Assembly (NCBI GenBank): GCA_965220745.1
Contig: CBDCQT010000013.1
Coordinates: 256,001-320,000, forward strand
DNA length: 64,000 bases
From: Alphaproteobacteria bacterium
GTDB taxonomy: Bacteria > Pseudomonadota > Alphaproteobacteria > UBA828
Direction of reading: 5' to 3'
A program made the translations under genes and the position numbers. The notes below the pieces were generated by a model. The model searched no databases and was not told the origin of the DNA. It saw only the letters and a program-made list of their open reading frames with translations. Shown here one piece after another: positions 29,876 through 40,894 of the stretch. Positions within the stretch are counted from its first letter, which is position 1. Every line of letters starts with the position of its first letter.

Positions 29876-30655
29876 ATGTTGGGCAGGGTGGAGAGCGTCT
29901 GGCGCTATCCCGTGAAGAGCATGCGGGGCGAGGAGGTCGACGAGATCTTCGTGGCCTTCACCGGGCTGATGGGCGACCGGGTCTATGCGATCGCGTCCGA
30001 CGCCGCCGATCCTGCGTTCCCCTGGCACACCGCGCGGGAGCAGGAGGACCTGGTGCTCTACCAGGCGCGCTTCAAGCAGCGCGACGGCACGCTCAAGCCC
30101 GACAACATGGAGCAGGCGATGAGCCACCCCGCCAATATCCACGCGCCGTTCCCCGAGGCGGACGCCTTCGCCGTCGAGGTCGAGCGGCCCGACGGCTCGG
30201 TGGTGGACATCGAGGACCCGGCCTTCCTGGACGGGATCAAGGACAGGTCGAAGGGCGCGCTCTCGCTGCGCTTCACTCAGCGGAGCCTGGTGGATTGCCG
30301 GCCGGTCACGCTGTTCTCGCTCCAGACCGTGGGCCAGCTTGCGGACGAGACCGGCATCGACGTCCACAAGCTGCAGTTCCGCTCCAACCTCTACGTCGAC
30401 TGGGCGGAGCAGGGGGGGTTTTACGAAGACGAGCTAGTCGGCAAGCGGATCGCGGTGGGCGACAAGGTGGAGCTGATGGTCGTGGAGCGCGACCCCCGCT
30501 GCAAGTTCATCACCATCCACCCGGAGACCGCCGAGACCACGCCCGCGCTGCTCAAGCACGTCAACCGGACGCGCGACGGCTTCGCCGGGGTCTACGCGGC
30601 GGTCATCAAGGAAGGGCCGGTCAGGGCCGGCGACGAGATCGCGCTGGTGGACTGA
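29876..30655 (+). CDS. MOSC domain protein
   Basis: WRYPVKSMRGE, GDR, FRSNL, PRC, GVYA.V...G.VRAGD. Confidence 0.9.
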   Translation: MLGRVESVWRYPVKSMRGEEVDEIFVAFTGLMGDRVYAIASDAADPAFPWHTAREQEDLVLYQARFKQRDGTLKPDNMEQAMSHPANIHAPFPEADAFAVEVERPDGSVVDIEDPAFLDGIKDRSKGALSLRFTQRSLVDCRPVTLFSLQTVGQLADETGIDVHKLQFRSNLYVDWAEQGGFYEDELVGKRIAVGDKVELMVVERDPRCKFITIHPETAETTPALLKHVNRTRDGFAGVYAAVIKEGPVRAGDEIALVD

Positions 30656-30702
30656 GGGCGGAGGCCCGGCCGCCGTTATTTCTGTAGCGGGAGCATCGCG
30701 AC

Positions 30703-34347
<3,645 letters not shown>

Positions 34348-34382
34348 CTGTGAGCCAAACGAGAATCTAGGGGAGAACTGCC

Positions 34383-34781
34383 ATGACGCTAACGCTCGAC
34401 GAAGCCAACCGCGTTGCCGAGGGCGCAATGGAACACGCGCGCAGTATCCATATCCTGGTCTGCGTCGCGGTCTGCGATGCCGGCGGGAAGCTGGTTTCGT
34501 TCCAGCGCATGGATGGCGCGATCTGGGCCGCCGTCTACGGCAGCCAGGGCAAGGCCGCCGCGTCCGCCGCCTTCGGCCGGCCGAGCGGCGACCTCACCGA
34601 GAGGGCGGACCATCCCACCTTCCGCGGCATCGTCGCGAAAGACGGCGGCCACATGATCCTGGGCCGCGGCGCCGTGCCCATCGTGCGCGACGGCCAGGTG
34701 ATCGGCGCGTGCGGAGTCGGCGGCGGCACCGGCGAGGAGGACGAGGATTGCGCGCGCGTCGGCGTCGCGCGAATTGAGTAA
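34383..34781 (+). CDS. GlcG/HbpS family heme-binding protein
   Basis: VAVCDAGG...RMDGA, GKA..SAAF, GAVPI...IGACGVGGG..D. Confidence 0.9.
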   Translation: MTLTLDEANRVAEGAMEHARSIHILVCVAVCDAGGKLVSFQRMDGAIWAAVYGSQGKAAASAAFGRPSGDLTERADHPTFRGIVAKDGGHMILGRGAVPIVRDGQVIGACGVGGGTGEEDEDCARVGVARIE

Positions 34782-34827
34782 GGGGATAGGGCGGCACCGC
34801 CGTCGCACGCATTCAGTAAGTAGGGTC

Positions 34828-34960
34828 AGCGCGCGGGACGCTATCGCGCCGCCCGGCCTGACTCTTCTTGTTCCCTCAGACGCCGGGGCGCTGCCTCATT
34901 CATTTCCCTCAGACGCCGGGCGCTCGCTCCGCTCGCTTGGCTTACGCGCTACGCGCGCGG
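34828..34960 (+). repeat. Structured ~100-bp repeat, copy 1 (with internal duplication)
   Basis: Near-identical to 37136-37236; TTCCCTCAGACGCCGGG occurs at 34871 and 34904. Confidence 0.85.
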
Positions 34961-35079
34961 AGCTTTGCGACTAATGCGGTTCTGTTTCCGGCGACATCTC
35001 CATTGGTAAGTCGAAGCACCGTAATATCGAGCTTGGCGCAATCTTCGTCTGACCTGCCTCCGTCGATCCGCGTCCAGAA
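34942..35079 (-). pseudogene. Possible DUF559/Vsr-like endonuclease C-terminal remnant
   Basis: Minus frame reads FWTRIDGGRSDEDCAKLDITVLRLTNGDVAGNRTALVAKLRA, similar to the DUF559 'E.DG...(G)I.VLR.TN..V' C-terminus; in-frame TGA upstream and no start codon. Confidence 0.35.
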
Positions 35080-35428
35080 GGCCCACACGCGGAAACCGAA
35101 GGCAACTCAATAGCCGATCTGTGAAGCCTAGAGACTGACGGGCGATCGCCGAGGCCGCCATTGTCTTGAGTGCGCCTCTGATTCCCCAAGAATTCTTCGG
35201 AAACTAAACCTCTAGGAGCCAGTTTCCTGATTACATGATCCGGTGATTGGAGCGAAGCTCACGCCATGAGGGCACCCGAGCCGCGGAAAAGGTCCACAGC
35301 TTTTCCCCAGCGGAAAGCGGGAGCACCGGGGAAAGTGATTTCCACAGCGATCCGATCGCGGGGATACCGTCAAGTCCGACAGTTCCCCCGTTGCACAGCA
35401 CGTTGTCCAAAGGCAATGTGGGAATGGG

Positions 35429-35505
35429 TGGTGGGCCCGGCGAGACTCGAACTCGCGACCTCAACCTTGGGATGGATGCGCTCTATCCGGCTGAGCTACG
35501 GACCC
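35429..35505 (-). tRNA. Atypical tRNA or tRNA-like gene, anticodon CCC (Gly) on an Arg-type body; may be a pseudo-tRNA
   Basis: GGGTCCG TA GCTC AGCCGGATA GAGC G CATCC ATCCCAA GGTTG AGGTC GCGAG TTCGAGT CTCGC CGGGCCC A CCA; full cloverleaf with encoded CCA. Confidence 0.85.
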
Positions 35506-35512
35506 ACCACCC

Positions 35513-35542
35513 ACCATATCCACCTCGCGCTCGGCGCGTCAA
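35513..35542 (-). promoter_or_regulatory. Sigma70-like promoter for the tRNA-like gene
   Basis: TTGACG (35542-35537), 18-nt spacer, TATGGT (35518-35513); 7 nt separate it from G1. Confidence 0.5.
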
Positions 35543-35766
35543 CGCTACCCCTAGCGGTAATCCCCGTGGATAGCGGGGAAAGCATGGTGAATTTCGGGGA
35601 AAGCACTAAATCTTCGGCTAGATGACCGGCGCGTTGGCTAGTTGGGCGTACAAGTCCCGGAAAAAGTGGGGGTGCCCGGCGCCGGGCCGCTGCGCGGCCC
35701 GGTCCCAATTTGGCAAACACCTCGACTGTTGCCGCGCGGCGCGCATCGGCTCTCGCTCCCCTTTCT

Positions 35767-35786
35767 CGTCATGCCCGGACTTGATC
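35767..35786 (+). repeat. Left half of an alphaproteobacterial REP/RIME-like palindrome interrupted by the IS
   Basis: CGTCATGCCCGGACTTGATC abutting the IS end. Confidence 0.75.
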
Positions 35787-37045
35787 CATTGCTGTCCGGT
35801 TTAGATTTTGGCGAAGGGGATTTGGAGTTGGTCATGGGTTTGTGGCTCATCGGGCGGCGGTTCGAAGAGGTCGGTGAGCGCCCGGCGCTGGAAGGTCGTC
35901 TTGGCGACGAGGCGGGCGATGGCCTGGAGGCCGAGCCGGGTTCCGGTTCCGATCTGCGCCAGCCGCAGCAGCAGGTAGGCGATCAGCGCGGTGACGATCT
36001 GGATGCGCACGGCATTCTCGCTGGTGCCGAGGAAGTGCCGGATCTTCAGGTTCTGCTTGATCCACTTGAAGAACAGCTCGACCTGCCAGCGCCGCTTGTA
36101 GAGCGCCGCGATCTCTTCGGCTGGGGCATTGAGGTCGTTGCTGACCAGCATGATCTCCCTGCCGCTGTCGATGCGCACGGTGACCAGACGCACCGGCTTG
36201 TCGAAGGGGTTCTGGCGGCTCGCCGCCAGGCGCTTCGACAGCAAGGCGACGCGGTCGGCCACGACCGGGCCGTCCGGCTTGACCGGGCGGGTCTCGATCA
36301 GGCTTGTGGGCGAGTTCTTCTTCAGCCGGGTGACGAAGCGGCTCCCCTTGGCGTCGATGTCTGCCCAGAAGGCGAAGTCGTAATAGCCCTTGTCGAAGAC
36401 GTAAGTCGCGCCGGGCTCGATGGGGAGGCGCTTGGCCGGCGTGATGTCGTTGACCCTGGCCGAGGTCACGGCAAAGCAAACGGGCGCATCTGCGTCCGGG
36501 TCGTAGACCACGTGCAGCTTGACGGCACCGTCGACCTCCCAGCTCTCGATCCGCTTGCCAACCAGGACCCGGGTCGCATCGACGAGGCGCAGCATCTCCC
36601 GCCCGCGCTGGCCCGCAGATGCGCCCAGCCGGGCGACCAGGGCCTCGAGTACGTCCTCGAACAGGGCCGCCGGACGTACCCGGTTGGCATCCGCGAGCGT
36701 AGACCGCCGCACCGGCGCCAGACCCAGATGGGCATGGACGCCCGGAAAGCGTTCCAGCGCACCGACCGCCTCGCGCAACGAGCGCGAGCCCGACAGCTGG
36801 GCGAACACCATCGCCTGGAACTGGCTCCACGACGAAAGGCGCCGGACCCGGTAGTCCGCTCCGTGGCGCTCTGCCAGCTTGTCGAAGCGCCAGCGCGGAA
36901 ACGCCTTCATCAGTCCGCCGAAAATCGTATCCTGGTAGGGCATGGCTTGGGCTCCATTGCGAGCTTCGATTCAACAGGTCTTGCAAAAACCAAGTTGAAT
37001 CCAAGCCATGCACCTTGTCTACCCAAGCTAAACCGGACAGCAATG
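35787..37045 (-). mobile_element. IS4-family insertion sequence (~1.26 kb)
   Basis: Perfect terminal inverted repeats CATTGCTGTCCGGTTTAG / CTAAACCGGACAGCAATG; imperfect 9-bp flanks GACTTGATC / GGCTTGACC. Confidence 0.92.
35801..36943 (-). CDS. IS4-family DDE transposase
   Basis: QLSGSRSLRE, RSTLADAN, VDAT, FDKGY, YKRRWQVELFFKWIKQNL (Y-R-E-K signature). Confidence 0.95.
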   Translation of the reverse strand: MPYQDTIFGGLMKAFPRWRFDKLAERHGADYRVRRLSSWSQFQAMVFAQLSGSRSLREAVGALERFPGVHAHLGLAPVRRSTLADANRVRPAALFEDVLEALVARLGASAGQRGREMLRLVDATRVLVGKRIESWEVDGAVKLHVVYDPDADAPVCFAVTSARVNDITPAKRLPIEPGATYVFDKGYYDFAFWADIDAKGSRFVTRLKKNSPTSLIETRPVKPDGPVVADRVALLSKRLAASRQNPFDKPVRLVTVRIDSGREIMLVSNDLNAPAEEIAALYKRRWQVELFFKWIKQNLKIRHFLGTSENAVRIQIVTALIAYLLLRLAQIGTGTRLGLQAIARLVAKTTFQRRALTDLFEPPPDEPQTHDQLQIPFAKI

Positions 37046-37127
37046 GGCTTGACCCGGCCATCCACGTTTTCGTTTCTTTACAGTGTGTTGTGGAGAGAGA
37101 TGCCCGGATCAAGTCCGGGCATGACGA
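37046..37127. repeat. Right part of the RIME-like element (REP half, spacer, inverted REP)
   Basis: GGCTTGACCCGGCCATCCACG...GATGCCCGGATCAAGTCCGGGCATGACGA. Confidence 0.75.
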
Positions 37128-37135
37128 TGAAAGGA

Positions 37136-37236
37136 AGCGCGCGGGACGCTATCGCGCCGTCCGGGCCTGACTCTTTCAGTTCCCTCAGACGCCGGGCGCT
37201 CGCTCCGTTCGCTTGGCTTACGCGCTACGCGCGCGG
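37136..37236 (+). repeat. Structured ~100-bp repeat, copy 2
   Basis: AGCGCGCGGGACGCTATCGCGCCG...GCTTGGCTTACGCGCTACGCGCGCGG shared with 34828-34960. Confidence 0.85.
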
Positions 37237-37304
37237 CGCATGCGCGCCGTCCGGGCCTGCGGCCCGGTTCGCCTCAATGGCAAACTCCTCGTCTGACGCC
37301 CCGG

Positions 37305-37514
37305 ACCATGGTGCGGTGCACAGCGCCCGTCGGGTGCGCCACTATTGCGCCCGTACGGTGCGGGAACGATGAGGCCGCCGCAGGCAGAGGCGGGAATTAG
37401 TTGGGAGTGCCCGGCGCCGGGGCACTGCGAAGCGGTTCCGCTCGCGCGGCTCCAGGTCTTGGAGCTTGCGGCGAGCAACGCGGAATCCCACCAAATCCCG
37501 GCGAGGCTCGCTTC
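37305..37514 (+). repeat. Dispersed intergenic element, copy C
   Basis: Head homologous to the reverse complement of 10504-10550; TCCC at 37486 and 37496; TCCCGGCGAGGCTCGCTTC resembles TCCCGGCGTGTCTCGCTTC at 29772. Confidence 0.5.
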
Positions 37515-37594
37515 TCTTTTGGGGCCCGCCGCCCCAGGCGGAGCGAGCGCGGCGGCGCGGCAGGGTTCGGACCCCGGGTCTCGGGCGCGGCCGC

Positions 37595-39283
37595 TCAGCC
37601 GTAGCGGTAGTCGCGCCGCGCGCCCTCGGGCGTGATCCAGCCCTCGCTCAGGTCTTCGGCGATCATGGCTGGGTCGCGCTCGGCCGGATCGCCGTAGCCG
37701 CCCGCGCCCGGTGCGATCAGGCGGATGCGGTCGCCGGGGCCGATAGTCGCGTTGGCGAACTTGCTGGGCGAGGTCTTGCCGAAGGCCTCGGTGAAGGGGC
37801 GCCAGCCGTTGCCGCCGGCCTGCTGGTAGAAGAGCCCGCCCGTCGCCCCCGCGCCGCCCCCGAGCAGGCCCCAGGGGCGCATCTTGTGACGGTCCGAGAC
37901 GGAACTCACGGTGATCTCCGTGTCCATGCAGCGCAGGATCTTGGCGAGCGCATGGGCGCCCCGGAACTGGCCGGGCCCGGCGGTGTCCGGCTGCAGCGCG
38001 TATTCCTCCACCATCCACGGATAGCGCACCTCGAACACCTCGATCGGCACCATGCGCGAGTTGCCGTTAATGCAGTTGATGACCTCGTTGCCGTCGGCGA
38101 AGGGTCGCCCGCCCCAGGCCGCGCAGGTGAAGTCGTAGCAGACCACGTAGTCGCCGGAGCGCGGGTCGGTGGCACCGAACAGGAAGTTGCTGTGGGTGCC
38201 CGCGTCGGTGGCGAAGGCGCGATCCGGCACGCATTGCGAGAGCGCCGCGATGATGGTGTAGGCGATTCGGATGTGGGTCTCGGTGTTGCCGCCGACGCAG
38301 GTCGCCGGATAGTCCGCGTTCACCATGGAGCCGCCGGGCGCCACGATCTTGATCGGGCGGAAGCAGCCCGAGTTCTTGGGGATCGACGGGTCGGTGAGGT
38401 GCAGGATCGCGTTGTAGGCCGAGGACCAGGCGACCGCGAGCACGGCGTTGATCGGACCCTGCGCTTGCGCATCCGAGCCGCCGTAGTCGACCACCACCTC
38501 GTCGCCCTGGACGTGGACATCGACGTGGATCTTGTACGGGCGGTCCTCGATGCCGTCGTCCTCCATGTAATCTTCGAAGCTGTAGACCCCGTCGCTGAAG
38601 GCGGAGAGCTCGGCCCGCATGCGCGATTCGGCGTAGTCCATCAGGTCGTCGGCGGTCTTGCGGAAGGTGTCCGGCCCGTACTTCTCGATCAGCGCGGTGA
38701 GGCGCGCGGCGCCCACGTCGACGGCGCTGATGAGGGCGCGGAAGTCGCCGTAGTTGGTGCGGGGCGTGCGGTAGTTGGCGAGCAGCAGCTTCCACACCTC
38801 GACCACGTCCTCGCCGTGCTCCTTGATCTTGACCGGGGGCACGCGCATGCCCTCGTGGAAGATCTCGGTGGCCTCGCCGGCGAAGCCGCCGGGCACCATG
38901 CCGCCCACCTCCGCCACGTGGCCGATGGCGACGGCGTAGCCCATGAGCTCGCCCCGGTAGAACACGGGCTTGATGAAGGTGTGCTCGGGCGTGTGCATGC
39001 CGCCCCGGTAAGGGTCGTTGTGGACGATGACGTCGCCTTCCTCGACCTCGTCGTGCGGGATCTCCTGGGCCGAGGTCTGCAGGACCAGCGGCAATCCGCC
39101 GATCTGCGAGGGGTTGAACTCGGCAACCCCGATCAGGTCGCCCCGTGTGTTGCCGAGACCGCAGGTGAAGTCGAGGCCCTCGTTGAAGATGGTCGAGTAG
39201 GAGGTCTTCATCATCGTGATGCCCATCTCGCGGCAGATGGACACCATCGTGGAATCGATGATGTTCATGGTGACCATGTCCAT
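37595..39283 (-). CDS. Stand-alone hydantoinase/oxoprolinase subunit B
   Basis: DFTCGL, NDPYRGGMHTPE, GHVAEVGG, GPGQFRG, PGAGGYGDP; no adjacent A subunit. Confidence 0.9.
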   Translation of the reverse strand: MDMVTMNIIDSTMVSICREMGITMMKTSYSTIFNEGLDFTCGLGNTRGDLIGVAEFNPSQIGGLPLVLQTSAQEIPHDEVEEGDVIVHNDPYRGGMHTPEHTFIKPVFYRGELMGYAVAIGHVAEVGGMVPGGFAGEATEIFHEGMRVPPVKIKEHGEDVVEVWKLLLANYRTPRTNYGDFRALISAVDVGAARLTALIEKYGPDTFRKTADDLMDYAESRMRAELSAFSDGVYSFEDYMEDDGIEDRPYKIHVDVHVQGDEVVVDYGGSDAQAQGPINAVLAVAWSSAYNAILHLTDPSIPKNSGCFRPIKIVAPGGSMVNADYPATCVGGNTETHIRIAYTIIAALSQCVPDRAFATDAGTHSNFLFGATDPRSGDYVVCYDFTCAAWGGRPFADGNEVINCINGNSRMVPIEVFEVRYPWMVEEYALQPDTAGPGQFRGAHALAKILRCMDTEITVSSVSDRHKMRPWGLLGGGAGATGGLFYQQAGGNGWRPFTEAFGKTSPSKFANATIGPGDRIRLIAPGAGGYGDPAERDPAMIAEDLSEGWITPEGARRDYRYG

Positions 39284-39407
39284 GGCCGGAACCTCCTGTC
39301 GGATGGCGCTCTCGGGGCGGCGGCCGTCACAGTGGCCGAGCGCGGGCTGCCTCGCAAGCGGACGGGTGGCACTCCCGTCGCTGGTCTTGCTCGGCGTTCC
39401 AGCGGGG

Positions 39408-39465
39408 GTTGACTCATGATCAACTATGCCCCATATTTGGGCTCAAGAGTTGATGTCTAATCAAC
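39408..39465 (+). promoter_or_regulatory. TA promoter with two palindromic operators
   Basis: -35 TTGACT 39409-39414, 17-nt spacer, -10 CATATT 39432-39437; GTTGA-N7-TCAAC at 39408-39424 and 39449-39465. Confidence 0.7.
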
Positions 39466-39571
39466 CTGTCTGCGGGCCTGACGAGCGCGTGGCCAAACAA
39501 ATCAAATGGAAGGGTAGGAGCGATGACTGAGGCAACAAGACGATGGCCGAAGGGTCTAAGGAGACGACGCA

Positions 39572-39976
39572 ATGGCAGCGAGTACGCCACCCGGTAAATT
39601 CCGCTCGTATTACGCCAAATTCTTTCGTGATTTTCCTAATTTTGGCATCAGACTTACACGACATGCGCGTGACCGAATGGAAGAACGAGGTATTCGGTTG
39701 CCACAGATTAGAACGGTCTTGATGACCGGGGCCTTAGTGCATGTCGAGCCCGATATTCGAACGGGGCTGGACAAGTACCGGGTAGCCGGCGGCGATGCAG
39801 ACGGCCGGCGCCTGGAGGTCGTGGCCAATCTCGACGAATCCGGCCCAGGCCGCGTCATCGTCATCACTGTGATCGATACGCCAGACGCCGGTGGTAGTGG
39901 ACGCCGGGCCAAATGCAGAGGAACGGGAGACAGGGCAACGGAGACTGATCAAGGTTCGGTCTCTGAAACGCCCTAG
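39572..39976 (+). CDS. DUF4258 family putative toxin
   Basis: LTRHARDRMEERGI...VL.TG...KYRV.G.D.DGR.LEVV...IITV pattern; AAGGAG RBS. Confidence 0.8.
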   Translation: MAASTPPGKFRSYYAKFFRDFPNFGIRLTRHARDRMEERGIRLPQIRTVLMTGALVHVEPDIRTGLDKYRVAGGDADGRRLEVVANLDESGPGRVIVITVIDTPDAGGSGRRAKCRGTGDRATETDQGSVSETP

Positions 39977-39988
39977 ACCAAAGCAGAC

Positions 39989-40483
39989 ATGCAGACGAAG
40001 AAAGAACACGACGCCACGGTCGAGATGGGACTACCGGTGACCCTGATTGACACCGTGCTGGAGGACGATGACGGCAACTTGGAAATCCCTAACCTGGACA
40101 TGCTGCTGGCAACCGTTGCCGTGGCTCGTGTGCTTGCGCCCGTGCAAATGGTGGGGGCGGAACTCCGTTTCCTACGCCACGTCCTGCATCTGACGGGAAC
40201 TGAATTTGCTCGTGCCATCGATCTCAGCGACAAGACCGTCGTTTCACGCTGGGAGAATGGCAAGACGCGCCCTGGCGGCTATACGGAAAAGATCATCCGG
40301 CAGCTCATCCTGAACGTGCTGGGCCACCGTGCGCCCGGCATCGAGGTTCCGGAAAACGCAATTCCCGGTATGAGGATTCGCCAACGCGAAGCTTCGGAAG
40401 GCCCGCTCCCGATGGCGTTTGCCTTCAAGAGCCGCTCGGGGTCGGAGGGTCAGCCCATAGACTGTTATGCCGAGGCGGCGTGA
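39989..40483 (+). CDS. XRE-family HTH antitoxin (MqsA/HigA-like)
   Basis: GAELRFLRHVL.LTGTEFARAI...VVSRWENGK HTH; follows DUF4258. Confidence 0.8.
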   Translation: MQTKKEHDATVEMGLPVTLIDTVLEDDDGNLEIPNLDMLLATVAVARVLAPVQMVGAELRFLRHVLHLTGTEFARAIDLSDKTVVSRWENGKTRPGGYTEKIIRQLILNVLGHRAPGIEVPENAIPGMRIRQREASEGPLPMAFAFKSRSGSEGQPIDCYAEAA

Positions 40484-40522
40484 TCGGCCGCGATGGAGCC
40501 GATCGCTGCGGATTTCCCGCGA

Positions 40523-40867
40523 TCAGTCGAAGGGGGCGAGGCTCGCCTGCGCCTTGCGCGTGAGGCCCTTGCGCACGATGCGGTAGGAGTCCGCGAGCCG
40601 CTGGCGGAGCTCGTCCTCCGGCAGGTCCAAGGGAACGTTGATCCAGGAGCGGTGGAAGTAGGGCGCCTTGCGGCCCACGCCCATCTCGATGAGCATTTCG
40701 GCGGTTTCGATGCTGTCGGTCTTGATGTTGACGCCCGGCAGCTTCGAGCCGATGCAGGCGAACATCTTGCCGCCCACCTTCCAGGCGTCGTGCCCGCCGC
40801 CCCAGGGATCCGACAGCTCGGCGCCGGGAAACGTCTCGCAGATCGCGTTGACCGTATCGCGGCTCAT
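40523..40867 (-). CDS. MmcQ/YjbR family protein
   Basis: PWG...WKVGGKMFA, APYFHRSW, SY.IV..GL. Confidence 0.88.
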   Translation of the reverse strand: MSRDTVNAICETFPGAELSDPWGGGHDAWKVGGKMFACIGSKLPGVNIKTDSIETAEMLIEMGVGRKAPYFHRSWINVPLDLPEDELRQRLADSYRIVRKGLTRKAQASLAPFD

Positions 40868-40894
40868 CCGTCGCCTCCCGCTCGCCGCACCGGA

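Larger units (their letters stand above)
35282..35605. promoter_or_regulatory. Cluster of DnaA-box-like 9-mers flanking the tRNA-like gene
   Basis: TTTTCCCCA 35301, ATTTCCACA 35338, TCCACAGC at 35293 and 35341, CGGGGAAAG at 35327, 35574 and 35595, CGGGGATAC 35359, CGTGGATAG 35565, ATATCCACC 35516. Confidence 0.4.

Noticed and set aside
35429-35505. tmRNA piece or tRNA-Sec
   Set aside because: Has a normal anticodon arm, a short variable loop, a 7-bp acceptor stem and no G3-U70 pair
35299-35583. Palindromes resembling type I-E CRISPR repeats (e.g. CGGTAATCCCCGTGGATAGCGGGGAAAGC at 35555-35583)
   Set aside because: Copies are not identical, not regularly spaced, occur in mixed orientation, and no cas genes are present; better explained as inverted box pairs
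35282-35660. Chromosomal oriC
   Set aside because: No perfect DnaA box, no clear AT-rich unwinding element and no typical origin-linked genes; kept only as a box-like cluster
35642-37372. 576-aa plus-strand ORF over the IS
   Set aside because: Antisense to the transposase and runs through non-coding repeats
39367-39382. Sigma54-like TGGCAC-N5-TCGC site
   Set aside because: Imperfect -12 element, and a better sigma70 promoter with operators lies just downstream
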